NCBI GenBank assembly: GCA_964517685.1 | Contig: CAZFCF010000003.1 | Coordinates: 47,706 to 111,705 of the forward strand | Source of the DNA: an uncultured Gammaproteobacteria bacterium | GTDB taxonomy: Bacteria; Cyanobacteriota; Vampirovibrionia; LMEP-6097 | Length of the DNA stretch: 64,000 bases | Direction: 5' to 3' | Shown here: piece after piece, positions 1 to 7,940 of the stretch | Numbering within the stretch: the first letter of the stretch is position 1 | Layout: each line of letters begins with the position of its first letter | Notes under the pieces: model-generated | Databases searched by the model: none | The model's input: the letters and a program-made list of their open reading frames with translations, nothing else | Told to the model about the DNA's origin: nothing | Translations under genes and position numbers: made by a program

Positions 1-167
1 ACTAAGGTATCGAATTTAGAAAAAATCTCAATCATGGTTACACTTGCTTCAGCGCGATTAAGCTCTTTGAATAAAGTGGGAGCAGTGATAGCTCCTATCG
101 CAAGTGTTCCGCCGCTAATTGAAATCAAGCCAGCGATTTGTATACAGTTAAGAATTTTTTCAAGCAT
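1..167 (-). CDS. partial hypothetical membrane protein (N-terminal 56 aa in window; MLEKILNCIQIAGLISISGGTLAIGAITAPTLFKELNRAEAS...)
   Basis: Reverse-strand ATG at 165-167 followed by an open hydrophobic reading frame that runs off the window edge. Short enough to be missed by the >=60 aa ORF track. Confidence 0.3.
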   Translation of the reverse strand, partial: MLEKILNCIQIAGLISISGGTLAIGAITAPTLFKELNRAEASVTMIEIFSKFDTL

Positions 168-220
168 AAAGAACTTCCTTATTAAAATTCTAAACCAAAA
201 TAGTCTAGAATTAGGCGTTA

Positions 221-784
221 GTGAAGATTTTAAGCATAGATACCAGCCGCAACAAGCAATCAATGACGGTATTTGATAATGAGACAGGTAAATTTATTAC
301 ACAGAGCTTTCAAGCTAAATCATCCTTTTTTGTGGCAGATTTGCTCAAAACCCTGGACACAGAGAAGATTAGCCCAATGGATATTTCTTTATTAGCTACT
401 ACTATTGGTCCTGGATCATTCACCGGAATTAGGACAGGAATTTCAATTGTAAAAACTTTAGCTTCTGAACTTGATTTAGAAATTTTTGCAGCAAATAATT
501 TTGAACTTATTAGATATGAGAAAAAATATCATGGTCCTTGTGCTATTCATGCTGGTTTGAATGACTACTATATTTCCCTGAACGAGGATTATGCCAATCT
601 CGAAAAGAATTTTTTTTCTTATCAGTTGGGTAATCTTGAGCTACTTGATTTTGAAGAAAGCACTTCTGTAAGTGAATTGCTTATTAAGCTATTTCTAGAA
701 AGGCAGGCATCTAACCCCGCTTTAATCTCCTATTCAAGCCTAAAGCCTTATTATTTACGTGAACCAAGTATAGGTAAGAAATAA
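221..784 (+). CDS. tsaB: tRNA threonylcarbamoyladenosine biosynthesis protein TsaB (YeaZ family)
   Basis: N-terminus MKILSIDTS... followed by TGxRTGIS, typical of the TsaB/Kae1 ASKHA fold. About 187 aa is the right size. Confidence 0.65.
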   Translation: MKILSIDTSRNKQSMTVFDNETGKFITQSFQAKSSFFVADLLKTLDTEKISPMDISLLATTIGPGSFTGIRTGISIVKTLASELDLEIFAANNFELIRYEKKYHGPCAIHAGLNDYYISLNEDYANLEKNFFSYQLGNLELLDFEESTSVSELLIKLFLERQASNPALISYSSLKPYYLREPSIGKK

Positions 785-824
785 GACTTAACTTGCAGAT
801 AACCTATTTATTTAAGAGCCTCTC

Positions 825-924
825 CGAAAAGCTCCCAGATGCTAGGCTTGCGAGTCCCCGAGGAGCCGGAGTTTACTTAGCGTAAATGAGGACGACGAGG
901 GGCGAGCGTAACAACGCAGATGGG
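825..924 (+). repeat. GC-rich ~100-bp repeat element, copy 1 (family B)
   Basis: Near-identical to the reverse complement of 7788-7878 (cgaaaagctcccagatgctaggcttgcgagtccccgagga...gaggggcgagcgtaacaacgcagatggg). GC-rich against an AT-rich background. Confidence 0.8.
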
Positions 925-1037
925 ACTTTGCGGATAGGCTCTAAGCTTATTAGCCTATGACTGTCTTGTAAATAAGCCATATGGCCTATCTCTCCTCTCA
1001 AAGTAGCTCGGGTATAACTTTTATAGGGTTTTAATAT

Positions 1038-1352
1038 ATGGAAATTAAGAGACTAAGTTTACAAGAAATAGAGATGGCCAAGCTAAATGGCACAAAGATT
1101 AACGCTGCGTTGGAAACTGCTAGTGGCAACAAAGAAATTGACCTTCAAGATTCTGCTGTTGCTATTGATAGCCAAAGTACAGAACAGTTTGAAGCCGTTA
1201 AAAAAACTGTTGCTGATGCCGTAAGACCTGGTGGTCCAGAATTAATTGAGAAAATAAAAGCTAGACTTGGTGATTTCGATAAACTTGATTCTAAAACCCT
1301 TGCAAATTCCATGTTTGAAGATGGATTCGATGAGAATTTCTTCAACAATTAA
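1038..1352 (+). CDS. flgM: putative anti-sigma-28 factor FlgM
   Basis: 104 aa. The C-terminal IEKIKARLGDFDKLDSKTLANSM resembles the conserved sigma-28-binding helix of FlgM (compare Salmonella [25 protein letters not shown]). Immediately followed by an flgN-like gene, as in flgMN operons. Confidence 0.45.
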   Translation: MEIKRLSLQEIEMAKLNGTKINAALETASGNKEIDLQDSAVAIDSQSTEQFEAVKKTVADAVRPGGPELIEKIKARLGDFDKLDSKTLANSMFEDGFDENFFNN

Positions 1353-1362
1353 AAGGTTATAA

Positions 1363-1833
1363 ATGAAATATTTAGTTGAATTACTTGAAAAAGAAACAGA
1401 CATTTATAGTAGCTATTTAGAACTTGCTGCACGTAAGAAAAAAGCTTTGATCGATAATGATATTGATAGATTAGATGCAATTACATCTGAAGAGAAGGCT
1501 TTATCAACTAAAATTTTGGCTTTAGAAGCCGCTCGTACTGAGTATCTTAGAGAAGAAGGTTTCTCTGGATCAATAACTCTAAATGAATTATTACCGAAAC
1601 TATCTCAGGATGATAGAACTCAAATTGAAGGTATCTCGGAAAATTTAAGAGTAGTTCTAACTAACTGTAAAAAATTCAATGACAATAACATAGCTCTTTT
1701 GAAACAATCATCAAGCTATATAAATCATATGATCAAAGTTTTTTCTTCAAATTTAAGTGGAGGAACAGCAGCAACATATTCTAGAGGAACTAATAAGTTC
1801 AGTTCAGGACAAATAGCTGATATGCAAGCTTAA
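1363..1833 (+). CDS. flgN: putative flagellar export chaperone FlgN
   Basis: 156 aa helical protein (LLEKETDIYSSYLELAARKKKALIDNDIDRLDAITSEEKAL...). Size, heptad pattern and position right after flgM fit FlgN. Confidence 0.4.
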   Translation: MKYLVELLEKETDIYSSYLELAARKKKALIDNDIDRLDAITSEEKALSTKILALEAARTEYLREEGFSGSITLNELLPKLSQDDRTQIEGISENLRVVLTNCKKFNDNNIALLKQSSSYINHMIKVFSSNLSGGTAATYSRGTNKFSSGQIADMQA

Positions 1834-1844
1834 GGGTAGTAATA

Positions 1845-2705
1845 ATGACAATAGTTTTTTTAATTCTAGTTTCAGTTTGTATTTTCGGTGGATTTGCCAT
1901 GGAGGGCGGTCCGCTCTTTGCGATTATTTCAGTTTGGCAAGAGTACATAATTATTTTCGGTGGAAGTACAGCAATTTTCCTTGCCATGATGCCTCCTAAA
2001 ATTTTGCAACACATTCTTATGAATCTTGGACATCCATTCAAAGGTGACCAATATTCTAAAGAGACTTTTACTGAAGCTTTAAAGCTAATGTACGAATCTT
2101 TTATCAACCTGAAACGTAGTGGCTTATTGAGTTTGGAGAAAGATGTTTCTAATCCTGCTGAAAGCACAATTTTTTCTAAATATCCAACTTTTGTAGGTAA
2201 TCATCACGCTTTAGATTTCTATTGTGATTCATTAAAGCTGGTTATTAACTACAACTCAAAACCTGAAGATGTAGAGCAAGCTATGAATGCAGAACTTGAT
2301 GCTCATCATCATGAGGCTGCTTTAACACCAGGCGCTGTAAATAGAATTGCAGATGCGATGCCTGCTGTAGGTATTATTGCTGCGGTACTTGGGGTAATTA
2401 TTGCGATGGCTCATATTGATGGACCTCCAGCAGAATTAGGTCACAAGGTATCTGCCGCGCTAACAGGTACGATGTTAGGTATTCTTGCAGCATATGGTTA
2501 TTACCAACCTATTGCTCAGCATATAGAATATATTTGCCAAGATGAATCTCAGTATTTTCAATGTCTTAAAGAGGGAGTTATTTCTTATTTAAGCGGTGCA
2601 GAACCAATGGCTGCAGTTGAGATTGCACGTAGGACTATTAGTAGTTTTAATAGACCTTCAAGCCAAGAGCTTGAGGAAGCTTTACAAGGCATTAAACCTC
2701 GCTGA
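1845..2705 (+). CDS. motA: flagellar motor stator protein MotA
   Basis: 286 aa with strong collinear similarity to E. coli MotA (FGGFAMEGG...; LSLEKDVSNPAESTIFSKYP...; LTPGAVNRIADAMPAVGIIAAVLGVIIAM...PPAELG...GTMLGILAAYG...PSSQELEE). Confidence 0.8.
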   Translation: MTIVFLILVSVCIFGGFAMEGGPLFAIISVWQEYIIIFGGSTAIFLAMMPPKILQHILMNLGHPFKGDQYSKETFTEALKLMYESFINLKRSGLLSLEKDVSNPAESTIFSKYPTFVGNHHALDFYCDSLKLVINYNSKPEDVEQAMNAELDAHHHEAALTPGAVNRIADAMPAVGIIAAVLGVIIAMAHIDGPPAELGHKVSAALTGTMLGILAAYGYYQPIAQHIEYICQDESQYFQCLKEGVISYLSGAEPMAAVEIARRTISSFNRPSSQELEEALQGIKPR

Positions 2706-2848
2706 TTTTTGAGTATTTATTCAATCGTTCGAACCCGCTCAGTAAGTAGGACTATAAGGTAGTAAATTTTACCTTATAGTCCTACTTACCTTGCTGTGCG
2801 TCGCTTCGCTTTGCAAAGTTCTCACTTGCTTGAATAAATACTCAAAAA
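2706..2848. repeat. nested palindromic element / bidirectional terminator between convergent motA and mscS
   Basis: Outer 19-bp inverted repeat tttttgagtatttattcaa (2706-2724) / ttgaataaatactcaaaaa (2830-2848). Inside it is a near-perfect 19-bp stem, gtaagtaggactataaggt (2742-2760) / accttatagtcctacttac (2771-2789). Confidence 0.6.
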
Positions 2849-2864
2849 TCCATCTGAAAAGGAA

Positions 2865-3908
2865 TTACTTCTTATTAGAACTAACATTCACCGTCTGCAT
2901 CGGAATCGCAAAGTGGATTCCAGCTTTCTCAAAATCTTCTTTAATACGTAGATTTAAGAGATTCTGTTTAGCCATGTATTCATTGTAATCACCAGAAGGA
3001 TAATAGAAAATTGTTTCATACATTAAACTTGAGATTCCAATTTCTTTAAGAGCAACATAGTCAACGCGAAGTTCCTCGAACGATTTAAGAATGTCTTTGA
3101 TCATATCGGGTATCATGCGGCACTGAGCAGCATTAGTCTCATGACTCACATGGATTAACCAACTAACTCTTCGTTCTTTCATTTTTTTGAAGTTTTGAAC
3201 ACGACCACTAGTTAATTCTTTATTTGGTATAACGATCTCCTCTCCCTGCAAAGCTTGAATACGAGTGGATTTCAGACCTATTTTATTTACCGTTCCCATA
3301 TGGTCACCGCTAATAATAAAATCTCCAACTCTAAATGGCTTATCACTATAAATTGAAAATGCACTGAACATATCGCCGAGTAAATTTTGTACGGCTAAAG
3401 CGATAGCAATACCACCAATCCCTAAACTGGCTACAAGTGAATTGACATTGACTCCCCAATTCGAAAGTACGAGTAATATGGCGATGATCCAAAGAACCAT
3501 GTTGATTAGTAACTTAGCTCCGTAGATTAAGGTGTAATCAGTTTTATCGCGTTTGCGACTTTGAATAGAACTTTCTAAGAGATAGTAAATAGTGCCTTGC
3601 AAAGCAGAAATGATTTGAAAAATTACTAATGTAACAAAAATCAAATTTAGAAACTTATGAAAAGTGGGCTCTAAATGAAGACTTTCGGTTGCTAGATAGA
3701 AAGCTACAAGCACATAGAAATAAGTTGGAATACGTGTTAAAGACTTAACTACAACATTGTCAAATTTGGCATGGCTTTGTTCAGACCAAGCATGTATCTT
3801 GGCTATAAAATATTTTCTGAATAACCAAAAGGCACAGTTATAAGCTAGAAACAAGAATAGTGCTATTGCATAAGCTTCAACATCGTTGCCCCAGAATTCA
3901 GTTTCCAT
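2865..3908 (-). CDS. small-conductance mechanosensitive channel (MscS family)
   Basis: TM helices followed by GIGGIAIALAVQNLLGDMFSAFSIYSDKPFRVGDFIISGDHMGTVNKIGLKSTRIQ, the MscS pore/beta domain signature. The ORF track extends to 4064, but that would overlap the divergent panE start. An internal Met near 3908-3926 is the likelier start. Confidence 0.7.
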   Translation of the reverse strand: METEFWGNDVEAYAIALFLFLAYNCAFWLFRKYFIAKIHAWSEQSHAKFDNVVVKSLTRIPTYFYVLVAFYLATESLHLEPTFHKFLNLIFVTLVIFQIISALQGTIYYLLESSIQSRKRDKTDYTLIYGAKLLINMVLWIIAILLVLSNWGVNVNSLVASLGIGGIAIALAVQNLLGDMFSAFSIYSDKPFRVGDFIISGDHMGTVNKIGLKSTRIQALQGEEIVIPNKELTSGRVQNFKKMKERRVSWLIHVSHETNAAQCRMIPDMIKDILKSFEELRVDYVALKEIGISSLMYETIFYYPSGDYNEYMAKQNLLNLRIKEDFEKAGIHFAIPMQTVNVSSNKK

Positions 3909-3944
3909 CACTTCTAAGAATCTCATCCTATAATTATAAGGCAT

Positions 3945-4937
3945 ATGCATATAGTTATTTTTGGTATTGGCGCAATTGGAGGGTTCTACGGTATCACTCT
4001 TGCAAGGTATCTGAAAAACAATCCTAGAGAAGATTTCAAAATTAGTTTTATTGCTAGAGGGCAAACTTTTGAAAACTTAAAACATTTTGGAGCTAAATTA
4101 ATTTGTAAAAGAGACACTCTTGGTGAAATGCAAGAGTCTATTGTTGTAGAAAATAATTTTACTTTGGTAAAAAAATATCAAGAGTTAGAAATTAATCCAG
4201 ATGAATATACTTTGGTTTTGCTTTGTGTCAAATCCAAAGACACTATTGATGCTTGCAAAGATATAAAAACTAAACTTACTGATAATACTGCTGTGATCTC
4301 AGTGCAAAATGGAATTGAGAATGAAGAAAGAATTGCAGAAATTTTGGGAATCAAGCATGCAATTGGTTCTCTGACTACGATTGCTGCAGAAACTTTAGAG
4401 CCAGGGATCTATCTTCAGAAAGGTGGTTACGGATTTACTATTGGTGAATTGACAGAGAACATTGGTTATAAGTGGGCTGATAAAAAAAGAATAGATTATA
4501 TTTATAACTTTTTAAAAGAAGCCGGTTTGAGTATTTCACAAACTGAAAATATTAAAGAAGAGCTGTGGATTAAATTAGTTTGGAATGCAGCTTTTAATCC
4601 TATTAGTGTCCTGTATGAAAATACTGTTGGGCAACTACTTGCAGATCCTAAGAAAAAAGCACTTATTGAAGGAGTGATGTTTGAAGTTACTGAAGTGGCT
4701 GCCGCAGAAGGATATAAGTTGCCTGATGGTATAGAGCAGAAGCAAATTGGCAGGACTAGTAGTCCGATTTGGTATGACTTCAGAACTTCGATGTTACAAG
4801 ATTTTCAAAAAGGTAGAGAAATTGAGCTTGATGATTTATTGGGAGTCATTGTTCGCAAAGCCAAAGAGCATGATATCGATGTGCCAAATGCTGAAAAAGT
4901 TTTTAGTGAGCTTTCGGCCGTCATTGCGAGGAGTTAA
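3945..4937 (+). CDS. panE: 2-dehydropantoate 2-reductase (ketopantoate reductase, PanE/ApbA)
   Basis: N-terminal Rossmann motif MHIVIFGIGAIGGFYG. About 330 aa, with KPR-like central and C-terminal regions. The last residues (SAVIARS-stop) are encoded by the MITE at 4917-5019. Confidence 0.65.
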   Translation: MHIVIFGIGAIGGFYGITLARYLKNNPREDFKISFIARGQTFENLKHFGAKLICKRDTLGEMQESIVVENNFTLVKKYQELEINPDEYTLVLLCVKSKDTIDACKDIKTKLTDNTAVISVQNGIENEERIAEILGIKHAIGSLTTIAAETLEPGIYLQKGGYGFTIGELTENIGYKWADKKRIDYIYNFLKEAGLSISQTENIKEELWIKLVWNAAFNPISVLYENTVGQLLADPKKKALIEGVMFEVTEVAAAEGYKLPDGIEQKQIGRTSSPIWYDFRTSMLQDFQKGREIELDDLLGVIVRKAKEHDIDVPNAEKVFSELSAVIARS

Positions 4938-5019
4938 AAGCGACGAAGCAATCCAGTTTGCGCAGGGGGATTGCTTCGCTGGCCGTCACTGCGAGCGAAG
5001 CGCGGCAGTCGCAATGACG
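4917..5019. mobile_element. RPE-like palindromic MITE (family A), full-length copy
   Basis: gccgtcattgcgaggag...cgacgaagcaatcc...ggggattgcttcgct...cgcaatgacg. Terminal inverted repeat gtcattgcga/tcgcaatgac plus an internal inverted repeat gaagcaatcc/ggattgcttc. Family recurs at least 10 times in the window. Confidence 0.8.
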
Positions 5020-6603
5020 ATGTATACTAATAATGTGATTCCCAGGCTGCTTATACTTTTTGTTTTGTCCTTTTTGCTAAATACCACAGCATTTGCTGCG
5101 GTGCCAGAGGCTATAAAAACAGAACTTACAAAGATTTATCCTGAAGCTAAATTCAGATTTGATGATTTAATGCAAGTTAAAGATCGTTTGTGGCTAGTAT
5201 TTATACCTAAAGCTAAAGTTCAATATCCAGAGCCGCCTATTAACCTAGTTCTCAAAACAGAGAATGAAGATTTTCTGTTTAGTAATGGCTGGATTTATAC
5301 GCCTATAAAAGATCATACAATTAAAAGTTTAGATTTTTATCCAGAGGTTATACAAAAACAATTTATATTAGATCAAGTTTCTCAAACTTTTCTTATCCCA
5401 AAGAAATTTACTTTGCCACGTGATTTAGCAATGACAATTGGTAGATTGCCTTTAGAGTTATCTAATGTTGAGTTAGCTACAGATAGAGAACTTTTGTTTA
5501 AACAAAGACTTGAAGCTGATAAACAAAAGGTCATGAATTTTGCAGTTTTCTCTAATAAAACTCATAGTCTTGATTTATTAGAATTTAATGACCAAGCCTT
5601 CCTTAAGCATGGAACTCAATCAGCAAATGGTTCTAGCATAGATGAAATAAAAACCAAATATCTTATAAAAGAAAAATTTACTTTTATTTCAAAAATAAAA
5701 AAATATAAGAATGATATCTATTTCTCAGATTTTCATAAAAGTAAAATCTATAAACTAATACAACCTAAACAAATAATGCCGGATGCAACTAAGCCTTTTG
5801 AGAAGTTTGAGGATAAGAAGGAATATGGTTTAGAAGAGTATTTAGATCTCAAAAATTTTGAGATTAAGGCATCTTTAGTGGATTTTGCTTTTAGTAATGA
5901 TGATTCTGTATTTTATGTACTCACAGGATCTCCAAGTCAATTATTGGTTTTTAGCACTAGAACCAAAAAATTAATGAAGGATATGAAAATCCCGGCAGCC
6001 AGTGATGAGCTTACAGTCTTGTCGCGTAATGCTTCTGAACCTGATAAAGTTTTTTTTAGATCGAGATCTGCAAATAAAGTTTTTGTATTAAACTCTTTTG
6101 ACTACAGCATTTCAAGTGAAATTGATTTGAATAAACTTGATAGTAAGTTTCTTTTTATCCCACACTCTTTTGCGATTTATCCAGATCAAATACTTTTAGG
6201 ATGTGAGGCAATTAGTAAGAGCTACAAAGATGGTTTAAAAAGTGGCGGTAAAATTTTGGTCCTTGATGTAATCACTGGTGGCTTAAATAAAATTATCGAT
6301 TTGGATTTTACTCCTTATAAGTTACTCAAGAACGATGATAAAACCGCTTATATAGTTGGTTATAGTCCTGATACTTATTATTCTAAATTAGCAAAATTAG
6401 ATACTCAAAGTTATGAATTAAAGGTGAATGATTTAGGAGCAGATTTCCCTGCGGTTAAATCTTTGGTTATTAGCAATACTGGAGATTTTATTTTGGTACC
6501 AAGCTCTCAAACCCAATTACTGGGAATAATTGATACTGCTAGTTTTTCTTTAGTCAAGAAATTAAGCATTGAAAAGCCAATCAACCTGATTATTGATTTG
6601 TAA
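5014..6603 (+). CDS. secreted hypothetical protein (signal peptide MTMYTNNVIPRLLILFVLSFLLNTTAFAA)
   Basis: Long ORF. The track start at 4747 reads through panE's 3' end and the MITE. The first plausible starts are the two ATGs at 5014/5020, the first lying inside the MITE terminal repeat. A hydrophobic signal peptide follows. No recognisable domains. Confidence 0.5.
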   Translation: MTMYTNNVIPRLLILFVLSFLLNTTAFAAVPEAIKTELTKIYPEAKFRFDDLMQVKDRLWLVFIPKAKVQYPEPPINLVLKTENEDFLFSNGWIYTPIKDHTIKSLDFYPEVIQKQFILDQVSQTFLIPKKFTLPRDLAMTIGRLPLELSNVELATDRELLFKQRLEADKQKVMNFAVFSNKTHSLDLLEFNDQAFLKHGTQSANGSSIDEIKTKYLIKEKFTFISKIKKYKNDIYFSDFHKSKIYKLIQPKQIMPDATKPFEKFEDKKEYGLEEYLDLKNFEIKASLVDFAFSNDDSVFYVLTGSPSQLLVFSTRTKKLMKDMKIPAASDELTVLSRNASEPDKVFFRSRSANKVFVLNSFDYSISSEIDLNKLDSKFLFIPHSFAIYPDQILLGCEAISKSYKDGLKSGGKILVLDVITGGLNKIIDLDFTPYKLLKNDDKTAYIVGYSPDTYYSKLAKLDTQSYELKVNDLGADFPAVKSLVISNTGDFILVPSSQTQLLGIIDTASFSLVKKLSIEKPINLIIDL

Positions 6604-6606
6604 GCT

Positions 6607-7761
6607 ATGTCGGCAAAAAGCATTTATATTCATTTACCTTTTTGTAAGACTAAATGTCCTTATTGTGATTTTGCATCTTTTGCTGATCATAATAAAGATA
6701 GACAAGAAGAGTACATAGAAGCCTTGGTGACTGAAATCAATTTTAGAATGGCTGGCTATAAACCAGAATCTAATAACATCCAAACAATTTTTTTTGGTGG
6801 TGGCACTCCAAGTGTGCATTCTGCTGAGCAACTACAGCGTATTTTAAATACTCTAAAAAAATATTTTAGCTTTGCTCATGATATAGAAGTTACTCTGGAA
6901 GCTAATCCTGGCACTATTGATAAATCCAAGCTTGCAGAATTTAAATCTATTGGAATTAATCGTATTAGTATTGGTGCTCAAACTTTTGATCCTGATCTGC
7001 TAATTAAGCTTGGACGAGGACATAGTATTGATGATACTTTGCAAGTTATCGCTAATATTCAAGCAGTGAATTTTAATTCTTGGAGCTTGGATTTAATATA
7101 TGGTCTTCCCGGCCAAACTCTTGAATCATGGTCAAAGACTTTAGTTCAGGCATTAAGTTTTGATCCACCTCATATCTCTGCTTATGCTTTGAGTATTGAA
7201 GAAAAAACACCTTATGGTGAAATATATAAAAACTCATATCATCCAGATTTGCCAGTCGAAGATTCTATTGTGGAGATGTATCAATTAACTAATGATTTAT
7301 TAGGTAAGCAAGGTATCAATCGTTATGAAATTAGTAATTGGTCTAAACCTGGTCATGAAGCGAAACACAATTTGACCTATTGGTATGCTGATGAATATTA
7401 TGCCTTTGGTTTAAGCGCGCATGGTTACATTGATTCAACTAGATATAAAAATACACGTGATCTTCCGAAGTATATAGAGGCTTTTGCTGAAAAAAATCTT
7501 GAAAGCAATTTTGGATATAATTTTGCTTTAGCTGAACCAATTCTTATACCAGAATCAGAAAAGTTAGAAGAAAAAGTTTTATTGGGATTACGTTTGACTG
7601 AGGGTCTTGAAATTACAGAAGCAATTTCTAAGTTTATTAATAAAAAAAATCTTAGTAAAAATATCGATGCTGGTTTTTTATTTTTTGACAATGATCGTTT
7701 AAAATTAACTGATAGGGCTTTGATGGTAAGTAACACTATTATTTCTGATTTACTCGTGTAG
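6607..7761 (+). CDS. hemW: radical SAM heme chaperone HemW (HemN-like, oxygen-independent coproporphyrinogen oxidase family)
   Basis: SIYIHLPFCKTKCPYCDF is the CxxxCxxC radical-SAM motif. About 384 aa, with a HemN_C-like tail. Confidence 0.75.
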   Translation: MSAKSIYIHLPFCKTKCPYCDFASFADHNKDRQEEYIEALVTEINFRMAGYKPESNNIQTIFFGGGTPSVHSAEQLQRILNTLKKYFSFAHDIEVTLEANPGTIDKSKLAEFKSIGINRISIGAQTFDPDLLIKLGRGHSIDDTLQVIANIQAVNFNSWSLDLIYGLPGQTLESWSKTLVQALSFDPPHISAYALSIEEKTPYGEIYKNSYHPDLPVEDSIVEMYQLTNDLLGKQGINRYEISNWSKPGHEAKHNLTYWYADEYYAFGLSAHGYIDSTRYKNTRDLPKYIEAFAEKNLESNFGYNFALAEPILIPESEKLEEKVLLGLRLTEGLEITEAISKFINKKNLSKNIDAGFLFFDNDRLKLTDRALMVSNTIISDLLV

Positions 7762-7787
7762 ATCCTGTTCGAAAAATCCCATCTGCG

Positions 7788-7878
7788 TTGTTACGCTCGC
7801 CCCTCGGAGATCCTCATTGACAATCAGTCAACTCCGGTTCCTCGGGGACTCGCAAGCCTAGCATCTGGGAGCTTTTCG
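7788..7878 (-). repeat. GC-rich ~100-bp repeat element, copy 2 (family B, inverted relative to copy 1)
   Basis: Its reverse complement matches 825-924 apart from an internal segment where both copies keep a hairpin through compensatory changes (tttac..gtaaa versus ttgac..gtcaa). Flanked by an extra inverted repeat cttttcgaatag / ctattcgaaaag (7870-7904). Confidence 0.8.
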
Positions 7879-7940
7879 AATAGGATCTTAGTAATTAAGA
7901 ATCTATTCGAAAAGTACAGTATTATTGAGTTATACAGCGT

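Noticed and set aside
34-276. 80-aa ORF overlapping the tsaB start, and numerous small antisense ORFs inside aroA, leuC, korA, flagellins, purH, metK and others
   Set aside because: They are embedded in or overlapping well-supported conserved genes, are short, and have no independent evidence. Typical six-frame noise.
2721-2745. gttcgaacc T-loop-like motif at about 2726 as a possible tRNA or tRNA fragment
   Set aside because: No acceptor, D or anticodon arms can be built around it. It lies inside the palindromic element between motA and mscS.
3909-4064. Annotated 5' extension of the mscS ORF to 4064
   Set aside because: It would overlap the divergent panE coding start by 120 bp. An internal Met (about 3908-3926) gives a normal MscS N-terminus.
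4747-5013. N-terminal 89 codons of the track ORF 4747-6603 (and likewise the 34094-34207 extension of the giant protein and 33913-33957 of ruvA)
   Set aside because: These upstream extensions read through the panE 3' end and a MITE, or lack an RBS. Internal Met codons followed by a signal peptide or a conserved N-terminus are better starts.
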